From Chloroflexota bacterium (lineage in GTDB: Bacteria; Chloroflexota; Anaerolineae; UBA1429): a stretch of 64,000 bases of DNA. Positions 49,224-59,082 of the stretch are shown here, one piece after another. Location of the stretch: NCBI GenBank assembly GCA_034722245.1, contig JAYENT010000019.1, positions 10,425-74,424 on the forward strand, given 5' to 3'. A model generated the notes under the pieces. The model made no database searches. It had not been told where the DNA came from and saw only the letters and a program-made list of their open reading frames with translations. The position numbers and the translations under genes are program-made. Every line of letters starts with the position of its first letter. Positions within the stretch are counted from its first letter, which is position 1.

Positions 49224-50666
49224 TCAAAGGATGCTATATAGGTGCAGCGAAAGAAGGGATGCAGCAACCCCAGCCAGCCCACCGATCAGGGTCTGCATAA
49301 CCGTATGGGCGCCAACTTTGACTCGCGCCCACGCCACCAAGGGGATGAGTAATAACAGAGGGGAAGCCCACGCGCCCAAAAAGGCCGTAGCTATCGTTGC
49401 CTCTAGGGCCACCGTGGAGACATGCCCGCTGATCTTCCACCACACAGTAACCAGCATCTCCACCAGGGTGAGGGCGAGCGCGGAAGAGAATAGAACGAGA
49501 AAAGGTCTCGGCCCATCAAAGAGGAGGAGCAAGAACAGGGGAATCCCTATAGCGAGGATGAGCGCGAAAGCGGGCATGAACTGCAGCCGCTCGCGACGAT
49601 CGGAGATATGCCAATCGCTGATGGCTCCTCTGCGCAGTTCCCGCTTGAAAACAACAAGTGGCCCCACGACAGTCAACAGGTTCAGAGCCCCGGCCCAAAG
49701 CAGGCCGCGCCCCAAAGAGAGAGGATCGGCGAGTGCTATCATCACCAGGAGCAATGCGGTCACATAGTGGGGCGCCAGAAATCGGGACACCCATCGGGCC
49801 ACCGCGTCAGACCAGCGAATCTCGCTGACCATCGTCCCCAAGACGATCAGGATGCCTCCGGCAACATCCTGCCCCTTCATGACGTCCTCTGTCAGGAGCA
49901 CGCTGAGCAGGGCGGCAAAGACCGGTTCCGCGGAAAAGATGAGAGCCGTGTGGGTGGGCGTCGTAAAGCGCTGCATGGTCGTCTGAATGGCAAAGGCGGC
50001 GGCTGTAGCCAGGATGCCCGTAAAGGACGCCGCAAACCACGGTGCGCGAAGGCGCCAGAATGAAGGATGGCGCACAAAAGCGACCGCAGCGCTGATCGCC
50101 GTCACCGTCACCATCTGCACGATGGTCAGGGTCAAGGGATCCATGTGGGGCGCAAAAGCGCTTACGGTGATGATGTGGAGGGCAAAGGATAGAGCACAAA
50201 GTAGCACGAGAAAATCGCCCCTAAACGCCCGGCGGAAATGCGAAAGGGTTAGGAGTCCCAGACCCACCAAGGCAAAGGACACGCCTAACAGCGATTTGAG
50301 AGCGGGCGGGCGATGAAGCAAAACGGCGGAAAACAGGGGCACGAGGACCACCGAGAAGCCCGTGATAAAACCGGCGTTAGAAGCGCTCGTATAACGCAAC
50401 CCCACAGTCTGAAAGACATAACCGGCAAAGAGGAAAAGCCCGAGCAGGACGCCAGCGCCAACCTGCCTCCAGTCCAGTTCCGCCAAGCGCCGCCAGCCGA
50501 CCAGGACAAGGGCACATGTGGCCAGGCCAAAGCGAAGCGTCAGGAAGGGAAAGACGGGATAGGAGGCCACGGCATCCTTGACCATAACGAACGTGCCACC
50601 CCAGATCAAGGTGACTAGAAGGAGCAGGGAATCCGCCCAGAGTTGTCTCCGTCTCAACCCTTTCAT
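49224..50666 (-). CDS. Fusion of an EamA/DMT 10-TM transporter with a C-terminal PAP2-like (acid phosphatase motif) membrane domain
   Basis: The N-terminal 300 aa is a typical EamA duplication. The C-terminal ~170 aa carries ISGH (PSGH-like) and ARVKVGAHTVMQTLIGG (SRxxxxxHxxxD/Q-like) motifs. Confidence 0.65.
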   Translation of the reverse strand: MKGLRRRQLWADSLLLLVTLIWGGTFVMVKDAVASYPVFPFLTLRFGLATCALVLVGWRRLAELDWRQVGAGVLLGLFLFAGYVFQTVGLRYTSASNAGFITGFSVVLVPLFSAVLLHRPPALKSLLGVSFALVGLGLLTLSHFRRAFRGDFLVLLCALSFALHIITVSAFAPHMDPLTLTIVQMVTVTAISAAVAFVRHPSFWRLRAPWFAASFTGILATAAAFAIQTTMQRFTTPTHTALIFSAEPVFAALLSVLLTEDVMKGQDVAGGILIVLGTMVSEIRWSDAVARWVSRFLAPHYVTALLLVMIALADPLSLGRGLLWAGALNLLTVVGPLVVFKRELRRGAISDWHISDRRERLQFMPAFALILAIGIPLFLLLLFDGPRPFLVLFSSALALTLVEMLVTVWWKISGHVSTVALEATIATAFLGAWASPLLLLIPLVAWARVKVGAHTVMQTLIGGLAGVAASLLSLHLYSIL

Positions 50667-50677
50667 CGTTCGCTCGC

Positions 50678-51571
50678 TTACTTTTTCAACGCGCGCCGCA
50701 CCGTCCGATACAGACTCTCAGCCCTGATATTGGTCAGGCTCTCACAGGGCGCCTCCAGCGTGTCGGCCAACTCCTGTGCCAGCCCCCGGTCTAATGACTG
50801 GTGTTCCGTGTTGATCACTACAGAGTGCACGTGCTGTTGGGCAAAGAGGTCCGCTACCAAGAGCGCCTCCTCGCGCGGAGGCATGCCCATCATCGACACG
50901 TTGCCCGCTCCATCCGTGAGCAGAAACATCAGGGCTCGCAGATCGTCGTGCCGGTTCCTCTCCCTCTCGATCACCTGGTAGGCCATGGAAAGGCCCGCTG
51001 AGAGGGGAGTCTTCCCTCCCACCGGTATATCACGCAGTGCCCTTTTGGCCATCTCGACGCTAGACGTGGGGGGCAAAACGAGCGTCGCACAATCTTTTTG
51101 AAAGGAGATCATACATACGCGATCGCGCTTCTGATAGGCGTCGACCAGGAGCGACATGATGGCACCCTTGGTGGCTTTCATACGCTCGGCGGCGGCCATG
51201 GACCAACTGGCATCCACCACAAAGACGATCAAGTTGGCCGCCTTGCGCACACGAACCTTGCGCTGCAGATCCTCCCCACGGATGGTGACGGCTGTATTCG
51301 CGTGCTCGCGCTCGTTTTGATGAATCGCCGCCTGCCTCACCGTGGCATCCAAGGCGATGTCGTCATACCGCTCTCGCGCCGGGCGCGCATAGATATAGCG
51401 TCCCCGCTTGCGGGTGGTGATCGTGTAGCTGCGCTTGCCTCCCAGGCGTCGGGACGATTTGTCAATAGGGGTCTTGAATCCACGAGGCTTGAAAATATCA
51501 CCGACGCCGACCAATTGTCCCCCTCTGCGGAGATGATCCAGCGGTTTTGTATCCGCATGGTGGCCCCGCAT
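50678..51571 (-). CDS. Stand-alone von Willebrand factor A domain protein (ChlD/BchD C-terminal-like)
   Basis: MIDAS motif DASWSM...T...DG; immediately downstream of the ChlI-like ATPase. Confidence 0.75.
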   Translation of the reverse strand: MRGHHADTKPLDHLRRGGQLVGVGDIFKPRGFKTPIDKSSRRLGGKRSYTITTRKRGRYIYARPARERYDDIALDATVRQAAIHQNEREHANTAVTIRGEDLQRKVRVRKAANLIVFVVDASWSMAAAERMKATKGAIMSLLVDAYQKRDRVCMISFQKDCATLVLPPTSSVEMAKRALRDIPVGGKTPLSAGLSMAYQVIERERNRHDDLRALMFLLTDGAGNVSMMGMPPREEALLVADLFAQQHVHSVVINTEHQSLDRGLAQELADTLEAPCESLTNIRAESLYRTVRRALKK

Positions 51572-51618
51572 GGGGACGTTCTGCGCGGGCCCCTGCGATT
51601 CAGCCTGCGCGTCCGCGC

Positions 51619-52716
51619 TTAGGGACTCGGTTTTTTTTTACCCTGCAGCACGCTCCTGTCCAGGCGCCGCCGCTCCGAGGGCTCCTCCCCGTTGTCGCGT
51701 GCTTCCTCTAACCGCTGTTCCAACACGGCCATTTTGCTCTCCGTGTCCTCAAAGGGTTGTCGCCGCAAACGATGGGGCAGGGCGAGTTCTGCTGCCAGAA
51801 GGATATCCGTGTCATCGATGGCTTTACGGGCCCCAAACGCCGCGTGGGCTAGAGCCGCCTTCAGAATAACGATGTCGGCTCGATGCCCGTCCACCTCCAT
51901 CTCGCTGGTGAGCTCGGCGATAAAGTACAAATCCTCTGTCTCATACGTCACATCGGGCAGTATCTTACGCGCCTGGGCGATGCGCTTGGAGAGCAGGGCC
52001 TCCATCGCGGACCATTCCTGGTAAAAGGCCTCAGAATCCTGCTCGTATCGCAGGCGCCGATTGACTATTTCCACGCGCGCGTCAGGATTTAGAATGCCCT
52101 GGATGTCCACACAGAGGGCGAAGCGATCCAGCAGTTGGGGACGAAGCTCCCCCTCCTCCGGATTCATGGTGCCCACAAGGATGAACCGCGCAGGGTGGGA
52201 AAAAGAGATCCCTTCTCGTTCCACCACGTTGACGCCCATAGCTGCCGAGTCCAACAACAAATCTACTACATGGTCGTCCAAGAGATTGACCTCATCCACA
52301 TACAGGAGGCCGCGGTTCGCCGTGGCTAGGACGCCCGGCTCGAAACGACGCTCCCCATGCTTGATGGCTCGCTCCATGTCCAGGGTTCCCACCACCCTGT
52401 CCTCCGTGGCGCTGACGGGCAGATCCACAAAGCGTGTCCTCTTCTGCTCTACAGGCAAAGGCTCTTGGGCTTCAAAGCGCTCGCGGCAGCTGTCGCACAT
52501 CTGCTCGGGGTCATGGGGATCACAGTTAAAGGGGCAATCGGCAACGACGTCTATCTCGGGTAACAGGGCCGCCAAGGCTCGCGCCGCCGTGGACTTGGCC
52601 GTGCCGCGCTCTCCACGAATGAGGACGCCCCCAATCTGCGGACTGATGGCATTCAGGATCAAGGCGCGCTTCATGCGCTCCTGACCTACAATGGCTGTGA
52701 AGGGAAAAACTCGCAT
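51619..52716 (-). CDS. Mg-chelatase subunit I (ChlI/BchI)-like AAA+ ATPase with a Cys4 cluster in the H2 insert
   Basis: [13 protein letters not shown], Walker [10 protein letters not shown], Walker [29 protein letters not shown] replaces the DPFNS(D/S)P..DPE(M/S)M..E(V/E) segment of canonical ChlI. Confidence 0.85.
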   Translation of the reverse strand: MRVFPFTAIVGQERMKRALILNAISPQIGGVLIRGERGTAKSTAARALAALLPEIDVVADCPFNCDPHDPEQMCDSCRERFEAQEPLPVEQKRTRFVDLPVSATEDRVVGTLDMERAIKHGERRFEPGVLATANRGLLYVDEVNLLDDHVVDLLLDSAAMGVNVVEREGISFSHPARFILVGTMNPEEGELRPQLLDRFALCVDIQGILNPDARVEIVNRRLRYEQDSEAFYQEWSAMEALLSKRIAQARKILPDVTYETEDLYFIAELTSEMEVDGHRADIVILKAALAHAAFGARKAIDDTDILLAAELALPHRLRRQPFEDTESKMAVLEQRLEEARDNGEEPSERRRLDRSVLQGKKKPSP

Positions 52717-52886
52717 AAAGAGCATCACCTATTTATCAACGAAAGAATAACAAATCAAGTATAGACGGCTTGGCTTCATGTGTCAATTCGAAAACCACCT
52801 ACGCCTACTTTTCTACTTTGACGAAGCCCAGCAATGCAAGTAGAATCGCCACGCATAGTAGCCAGCGAGGGGGGGCAGACAAGATC

Positions 52887-53810
52887 ATGAGCGAGATCGC
52901 CGTGGTGGGAAGCCTGAACATGGACCTTGTCGTGCGTGTCGAGCGCATGCCCCGCCCCGGCGAGACGGTGCACGGGCGAGAATTCACGACCATCCCAGGC
53001 GGCAAGGGCGCCAACCAGGCCGCAGCAGCGGCCAGGTTGGGGGCAAACGTGGAGATGATCGGCCGTGTTGGGGAGGACGCCTTCGGCGCCAGCATCCTGG
53101 AGAATATGCGCGCCCAAGGCGTGGGCACCTCACACGTCACCCGTGACGCCGAGGCCGCCAGTGGCATCGCCATGATCGTTGTGGACCGTGCAGGAGAAAA
53201 CGCCATCGTCGTCGCACCGGGGGCCAACGGGCGGGTGACCATGCAGGACGTGCGCGCCGCGCAGGAGGTGCTGGCACAGACGCCCTACGTCATCATGCAA
53301 TTCGAGGTCCCCCTCCACACAGTGCGAGAAACCATCGCCCTAGCCAGCGAACTTGGATCTCGCGTCATCCTGAATCCCGCCCCGGCCCATGCCGTTTCCT
53401 CCGACTTTTTCGAGGGTCTCTATTGTCTAGTGGTCAACGAGACCGAAGCGGAGACCTTCACGGGGCTCACGGTGAAAGACGTGACAAGTGCTGAGAAAGC
53501 CGGCCATGCGCTGCAAGAGAAGGGCGTGCCCGTCGTGGTCATCACCCTGGGAGCAGACGGCGCCCTCTTGCTGACGGATGCGCACACGGTACACGTGCCA
53601 GCCCACAAGGTCGACGTGGTCGACACGACGGCGGCCGGCGACGCCTTTGTCGGCGGGCTGGCCGTAGGCCTGCTTCGCGGCCTCGACGTGGTGGAAGCGG
53701 TGCGCTACGCCACCTGCGCCGGGACGCTGGCCACCACCGTCCTCGGCGCGCAGACCTCGCTGCCCTCGGCAGACCAGGTCGACGCGCTTTATGAGGAGGG
53801 AGCCCCCTGA
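52887..53810 (+). CDS. rbsK: Ribokinase
   Basis: Start ATG 52887 (RBS GGGGGG). GGKGANQA and DTTAAGDAF motifs. Confidence 0.85.
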   Translation: MSEIAVVGSLNMDLVVRVERMPRPGETVHGREFTTIPGGKGANQAAAAARLGANVEMIGRVGEDAFGASILENMRAQGVGTSHVTRDAEAASGIAMIVVDRAGENAIVVAPGANGRVTMQDVRAAQEVLAQTPYVIMQFEVPLHTVRETIALASELGSRVILNPAPAHAVSSDFFEGLYCLVVNETEAETFTGLTVKDVTSAEKAGHALQEKGVPVVVITLGADGALLLTDAHTVHVPAHKVDVVDTTAAGDAFVGGLAVGLLRGLDVVEAVRYATCAGTLATTVLGAQTSLPSADQVDALYEEGAP

Positions 53811-53827
53811 GCGCCACAAACCCCCTG

Positions 53828-54820
53828 GTGGGCATCATCGCCAATCCGGAAGCAGGCAAAGATATACGACGCTTGGTCGCCCACGCGACCACGGTGGGCG
53901 AGCAGAGTAAGGCGAGGAGCATACGCCGCGCCCTCGTGGGTCTTGGCACCATGGGCGTGAAGCAGGTGCTGGTTATGCCCGAGCGACTCCACCTGGGACA
54001 GCGGGCCATCGAGGGACTCGACGTTCAGGAAGCCATCCCCGCCGTAGAGATGCTGGAGATGCCCGTCACCAATGAGGGCAGGGACTCGCAATGGGCAGCC
54101 TCCCTTTTGCACCAAGCGGGCGCTGGCTGCATCCTCGTACTTGGTGGCGATGGTACGATGCGTGCCGTCGCCAAAGGCGCCGGGGACACGCCGCTCCTCC
54201 CCCTGTCCACGGGCACAAATAATGTGCTACCCAGCGGTGTGGAGGAGACCGTGGCCGGACTGGCGGCGGGGGCCGTGGCTCAGGAAGTGTTCCCTCTTCA
54301 GGAGGTGGCCTTTCGCCACAAGTGGCTGGAGGTCTCCATCAACGGGGATTCGCGTGATAGGGCTCTGGTGGACGTGGCCGCCTTGCGAGGTCACTTTGTC
54401 GGCTCGGGGGCTGTATGGAAGGTGGAGAACGTGCAGCAGATCGTGGTCACCCGGGGCGATGCGAATAACACGGGGCTCTCGGCCATCGCCGGCGTGGTGC
54501 GCCCCGTCGCGCCCAAGCAACCGAAGGGGGTGGCGCTTTCCCTATCCCCCGAGGCCCATCGTCACGTGCTGGCGCCCATAGGGCCGGGATTGATTCTCCC
54601 CGTAGGCATCAAGTCGGCGCGCGTCCTGGCGGCGGGGGACACGGTTACCATCATCGCGGAGGAATCCCTGGTCCTCGCCCTGGATGGCGAACGTGAGCTT
54701 GTGGTCCAGAAGACTGACCGCGTCGCTGTCACGTTGCACTTGGACGGCCCCTGGATCGTGGAGCCACATCGCGTCATAGAACGGATGACCGCTCAGCGGC
54801 TGTTCGATATATCCGCTTGA
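53828..54820 (+). CDS. ATP-NAD kinase-family protein (NAD kinase / DAG kinase catalytic-domain-like)
   Basis: GTG start; LVLGGDGTMRAV motif. Confidence 0.75.
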   Translation: MGIIANPEAGKDIRRLVAHATTVGEQSKARSIRRALVGLGTMGVKQVLVMPERLHLGQRAIEGLDVQEAIPAVEMLEMPVTNEGRDSQWAASLLHQAGAGCILVLGGDGTMRAVAKGAGDTPLLPLSTGTNNVLPSGVEETVAGLAAGAVAQEVFPLQEVAFRHKWLEVSINGDSRDRALVDVAALRGHFVGSGAVWKVENVQQIVVTRGDANNTGLSAIAGVVRPVAPKQPKGVALSLSPEAHRHVLAPIGPGLILPVGIKSARVLAAGDTVTIIAEESLVLALDGERELVVQKTDRVAVTLHLDGPWIVEPHRVIERMTAQRLFDISA

Positions 54821-54916
54821 CACAAAGGTTAGACGTTCGGATGCCAGGCACTTCTAAGTGCCTGGCATCGCTAGAACCCTTTCAGTAGATCCTGCATTAG
54901 TTTTTAGGAGGAATTC

Positions 54917-56311
54917 ATGATACGTACTGACATTGCCATCATCGGCGCCGGACCCGGCGGTTACGTCGCGGCCCTGCGGGCCGCCCAACTCGACGCAGAC
55001 GTCGTCTGCATTGAGAGAGATCGGGTGGGAGGAGTATGTCTGAACTGGGGCTGCATTCCCACCAAGAGCCTGCTGCGCAGCGCGGAGATCTATGCGCTGG
55101 CCAAAGAGGCGGAGACATACGGTGTCGTCGTGGGGGAACCAAAGGTCGATTGGCAAAAGATGCAGGAGCGCAAAGCGCGAAACGTGGATCAGCTCGTGAA
55201 CGGCACCAAGATGCTGCTGGATCGCGCGGGGGTGAACGTCGTCAAGGGCAAGGCCTCCTTTGCCAGAGCCCACGTGCTGCGGGTGCAGTCGGACGAGGGT
55301 GATGAGACTGTGGAAGCGGATAACATCATCATTGCCACGGGCTCGCGCCCCCTGCGCATACCGATCCCCGGGCTGGACGATCCGCGCGTGGTCGATTCCA
55401 AGGGGGCACTATCCCTGGATCCCCTGCCGGAGAGTATCTGCATCATCGGCGGTGGGGCCATCGGCATCGAGTTCGCAAGCCTCTTTAATACCCTGGAGGT
55501 GGAGGTGACCCTGGTGGAGATGCTGCCCCACCTGGCGCCCCTTATGGACACCTCCATCGGCGAGGGACTGGCCTGGACCTTTGGGCAAAAGGGCATCCAG
55601 GTGCTGACCGACACGCGGGTGACCAGCCTGGAGAACACTGACGGGGGGCTGGTGGTGCATATGGAAGGCCCCGACGGCGAGGAGCGTGTGGAGGTTGAGC
55701 GTGTGCTGTCCGCTGTGGGGCGCGCGCCCAACGCGGAGGGCTTGGGCCTGGAAGTGCTGGGGATCAATCCCACACGCCAGGGAATCGAGGTGGATGATCG
55801 CATGCGCACAGCAGTCCCCGGCGTCTATGCCATCGGCGATGTGGCGGCAGAAGGCCCCATGCTGGCCCATGTGGCCTCCCACCAGGGCATCGTGGCGGTG
55901 GAGGATGCCATGGGACGGCCCGCGGCCATGGACTATACCGCCGTGCCAAGCTGCATCTTTTCCATGCCCGAGGCGGCCAGCGTAGGGCTCTCAGAGGAGG
56001 AGGCCCGAGAGCAGGGATACGAGGTGAAAGTGGGCACCTTTGCGTTGGCGAACAATGGCAAGGCTGTCACCATGGGCGAGACCGACGGCTTTGTCAAGTT
56101 TGTCGCTGAGGCGCAATACGGCGCCGTTCTAGGGGTACACATTGTAGGCCCCCACGCGAGCGACCTTATCCTGGAGAATGCCCTGGGCATCAACCTAGAG
56201 ACCACCCTAGACGAGATAGAGGACACCATCCATCCCCATCCTACCCTGGGCGAGGCTATCGCTGAGGCGGCCCTGGCCGTCCGCGACCGCGCCCTGCACG
56301 TGCCGGGCTAG
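54917..56311 (+). CDS. lpdA: Dihydrolipoyl dehydrogenase (E3)
   Basis: FAD site GAGPGGY; redox disulfide GGVCLNWGCIPTK; C-terminal His-Pro-x-x-x-Glu dimerisation motif (HPHPTLGEA). Confidence 0.9.
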   Translation: MIRTDIAIIGAGPGGYVAALRAAQLDADVVCIERDRVGGVCLNWGCIPTKSLLRSAEIYALAKEAETYGVVVGEPKVDWQKMQERKARNVDQLVNGTKMLLDRAGVNVVKGKASFARAHVLRVQSDEGDETVEADNIIIATGSRPLRIPIPGLDDPRVVDSKGALSLDPLPESICIIGGGAIGIEFASLFNTLEVEVTLVEMLPHLAPLMDTSIGEGLAWTFGQKGIQVLTDTRVTSLENTDGGLVVHMEGPDGEERVEVERVLSAVGRAPNAEGLGLEVLGINPTRQGIEVDDRMRTAVPGVYAIGDVAAEGPMLAHVASHQGIVAVEDAMGRPAAMDYTAVPSCIFSMPEAASVGLSEEEAREQGYEVKVGTFALANNGKAVTMGETDGFVKFVAEAQYGAVLGVHIVGPHASDLILENALGINLETTLDEIEDTIHPHPTLGEAIAEAALAVRDRALHVPG

Positions 56312-56349
56312 ATGCACCCTTTTTGAGGGCGAGCGGTATTCCTCAGTCC

Positions 56350-56655
56350 CATATAAAGCGGAATACACTTTGTGTATTCCCCATCCGTCCAACTCGGAAT
56401 AGTGCTCCAACCTACGATTGCCATGCCGTTCCCCGTGTCAAAGGTGTGGAGAATTGCGCGGCAATTCTCCGAGGGAATAGGCTACGCCTTTAGGGACTTT
56501 CACATATAAAGCGGAATACACTTTGTGTATTCCCCATCCGCCCAACTCGGAATAGTGCTCCAACCTACGATTGCCATGCCGTTCCCCGTGTCAAAGGTGT
56601 GGAGAATTGCGCAGCAATTCTCCGAGGGAATAGGCGTAGCCTATTCCCCCTTCGC
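56350..56655. repeat. Two head-to-tail copies of a 153-bp palindrome-dense unit (copy 1 56350-56502, copy 2 56503-56655)
   Basis: About 134 bp are shared with 2 mismatches. Each unit contains GGAATACAC-ttt-GTGTATTCC and GGAGAATTGC-gcN-GCAATTCTCC perfect hairpins. Copy 2 adds GGAATAGGC-gta-GCCTATTCC. Confidence 0.8.
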
Positions 56656-56719
56656 CTTCCACGCCCACTTGTGCTATCATGATTATGTAGCACCACGCCG
56701 AGAAGGGGGAATGTTCCTG

Positions 56720-58069
56720 ATGAACAGCAAACTAGGCTTCCACATCCAACGACGCCGACAAGGCTGGCCCAACGCCGTGGCCGACGCTCTGCCGGCCATG
56801 GTCAAGAGCCTGGAATGGCGCATCATCGACGATTGGGTGGCGGAGGAACAGACGGATGTGCAAAAGAAGGCGCGGGCCGGCAAATGGCAGGCGTATCACG
56901 TCTTTTTAGTGGGCCGCCATGTGACGCCCATCCAGCCCCTTGACCACCCACAAGCGTGCGCTCGCGCTTTTTGGAAAGGGATGCTGGAGGAGATGACGGC
57001 AGGAGACCACAGCAAGGAGGCCGAAACCCTGGAACGCCTGCGCCTTTTTGATGCCTGGGAGGGCTATAACGAGATCGGGACGGGCCCCGACATCGCCAAG
57101 TTGGGCCGCTTTGACGCCGCCCTGGCCCACTGCTTCCACGACAACGGCCTCAAGTATGCCTGTGGTGGCTTCAGCGTCACCAACCCCACCTTGGAGGAGT
57201 GGCCCCGATACTATGATGCCCTGCTGGAGGCAGCGGCGACCCAGGACGGCGAGATGCCCGACTTTTTGCACCTGCACGAATACTGGTACCCAGACCGCGA
57301 CTGGGATTCCCTGCTGAACGCGGAGGGCAAGATCGATCGTCGGCGGATGCGCAAGGCCACGCGGGGCTACATGTTGCATTGGCGCGAACTGTACCAGGAA
57401 CCGAACACGCCGGAGGAGATCAAGCTGCCCGTCATCATCTCTGAATGCGGTTGGGATCGAGGGGCGCCTCAGCAGGTAGGCTTTCGCGCTTCCCGTCGCT
57501 CCGATTTGGATTACCTTAGATGGTTGTTCTGGTACGATCAGGAACTCCAGACACCCCTGGATGGCAAGGACTATGTAGTGGGCGCGGCCATCTTTACCTA
57601 CGGCCATGCAAACCGCTGGGCCTCCTTCGAAATCGACCGCATGGAGGGGCATGACATCTTGGGCCCCCTGCGCGCCTACATGCGCGAAAGCAACCTCTTG
57701 CCGCACCCCCGGGACTGGGAGGAATTGCAGGAACCCGAGCCGGAGGTGCAAGAGACCCACTATCTGCTTCTGCCCCAGAAGAGCAGCCTCGCCTGGCGCC
57801 ACGCCCTGGATCGCTATCTTGACACCTTCAAAGTGACCAACGGACAATCGCTGGACGACGCCGTCCGCCTGGCGGCCCCAGAGCATCACATCACCCTGGT
57901 CGGAAGCGCCGACAGCGAACGGGGCGTGCCCCAGAACTGGGAAAAGGAGATCCATCGCCGCAACCCCGACGCCCTCGTGGATCGTATGGAAGCCCACAAC
58001 GTCAGAGAACTGCGCCGCATCGCCACGACCCGCGCCAAAAGGGGCGATCGCTATGGGGAACGAGAATAG
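56720..58069 (+). CDS. Cytoplasmic clan GH-A-like (beta/alpha)8 glycoside hydrolase with an unknown ~120-aa C-terminal domain
   Basis: Start at ATG 56720 (RBS GAAGGGGG; extended -10 TGCTATCAT at about 56671). The portion of track ORF 56525 upstream of this translates the repeat and is an artefact. Acid/base-like WEGYNEIG and nucleophile-like VIISECGWD motifs sit about 140 aa apart. Confidence 0.45.
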   Translation: MNSKLGFHIQRRRQGWPNAVADALPAMVKSLEWRIIDDWVAEEQTDVQKKARAGKWQAYHVFLVGRHVTPIQPLDHPQACARAFWKGMLEEMTAGDHSKEAETLERLRLFDAWEGYNEIGTGPDIAKLGRFDAALAHCFHDNGLKYACGGFSVTNPTLEEWPRYYDALLEAAATQDGEMPDFLHLHEYWYPDRDWDSLLNAEGKIDRRRMRKATRGYMLHWRELYQEPNTPEEIKLPVIISECGWDRGAPQQVGFRASRRSDLDYLRWLFWYDQELQTPLDGKDYVVGAAIFTYGHANRWASFEIDRMEGHDILGPLRAYMRESNLLPHPRDWEELQEPEPEVQETHYLLLPQKSSLAWRHALDRYLDTFKVTNGQSLDDAVRLAAPEHHITLVGSADSERGVPQNWEKEIHRRNPDALVDRMEAHNVRELRRIATTRAKRGDRYGERE

Positions 58070-58097
58070 GTTATCATTACACACGAGGGGTGGACCG

Positions 58098-58823
58098 ATG
58101 AGCAACGCGCCCAACACCTGGTGGCGATGGTGGCCCCTAGGATTGATAATCGTGGTGGTAGTAGCCATAGTCGTGGCCTTACTATCAAAAAGCCCAAAGG
58201 GCCACCCTCCGGAATCCAGGGGCGATAGGGAGATCGTTCTTCCCATGCCCCGGCGTGAAAGCGATGTCTCGGTGGAGGAGGCCCTGCAACAGCGGCGTTC
58301 CATCCGCGACTATGCCGAGGCTCCCCTCACTATTGTGGAGGTGGGGCAGCTTCTGTGGGCCGCGCAGGGCATCACCGACGAACGAGGCTACCACACGGCG
58401 CCCTCAGCGGGGGCCCTCTATCCCTTGGAACTCTATGTCGTGGTGGGCAAGGTGGAGACGTTGGCCCCAGGCGTCTATCACTACGACTCCCACAACCACG
58501 CGTTGGAGCGCGTGGCCGACGGCGATCGGCGTCAAGCGCTGGCGAGAGAGGCCCTGGAGCAAGATTGTGTACGCCAAGGCGCCATCGACATCGTCTTCAC
58601 CGCCGTCTATGAACGCACCACGGCCAAGTACGGCCAGCGAGGAAGGCAGTACGTGCACATGGAGGCCGGTCATGCTGCCCAGAACGTCTATCTACAATGT
58701 GTGCCGTTGAAGTTGGGGGCCGTCGTTGTGGGGGCATTTCAGGACAAGGGCGTGCAAGACGTCTTAGAGTTGCCAGAGGAGCGCATTCCGCTCTATATTA
58801 TGCCCGTGGGCAAGCTGCCCTGA
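58098..58823 (+). CDS. Membrane-anchored nitroreductase-family protein (SagB-type dehydrogenase domain)
   Basis: N-terminal TM (WWRWWPLGLIIVVVVAIVVALL), then the nitroreductase fold (RRSIRDY ... GHAAQNVYL). Confidence 0.7.
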   Translation: MSNAPNTWWRWWPLGLIIVVVVAIVVALLSKSPKGHPPESRGDREIVLPMPRRESDVSVEEALQQRRSIRDYAEAPLTIVEVGQLLWAAQGITDERGYHTAPSAGALYPLELYVVVGKVETLAPGVYHYDSHNHALERVADGDRRQALAREALEQDCVRQGAIDIVFTAVYERTTAKYGQRGRQYVHMEAGHAAQNVYLQCVPLKLGAVVVGAFQDKGVQDVLELPEERIPLYIMPVGKLP

Positions 58824-58879
58824 ACGGAATACTTCTCCAGCCGCACACACGGGCGTCAACGCCCGTGCTACATAGTCAC

Positions 58880-58900
58880 GTCCCATGAATGGGACTTTTT
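58880..58900 (+). terminator. Intrinsic terminator after the nitroreductase gene
   Basis: GTCCCA-tgaa-TGGGAC followed by TTTTT; preceded by a second GC hairpin CACGGGCG-tcaa-CGCCCGTG (58848-58867). Confidence 0.5.
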
Positions 58901-59082
58901 CGCACACGTATACGGTCGGGTGATACGATAATACCCCAAGACCTCAAAAGCCCGCTTGAGCGGGCGCAACTATGTAGCGCTGTGGCTTTAGCCCGGCGCG
59001 GCCGGACGGCCAAGTTAACGCATATGCGTTACGAAGGATACATCATACATTTGTATGTCAACACTGTAAGGAGCCTTTGCAG

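Noticed and set aside
56525-56719. N-terminal 65 aa of track ORF 56525-58069 (MYSPSAQLGIVLQPTIAMPFPVSKVW...).
   Set aside because: It is a read-through translation of the 153-bp tandem repeat. The real start is ATG 56720, with a GAAGGGGG RBS and an extended -10 just upstream.
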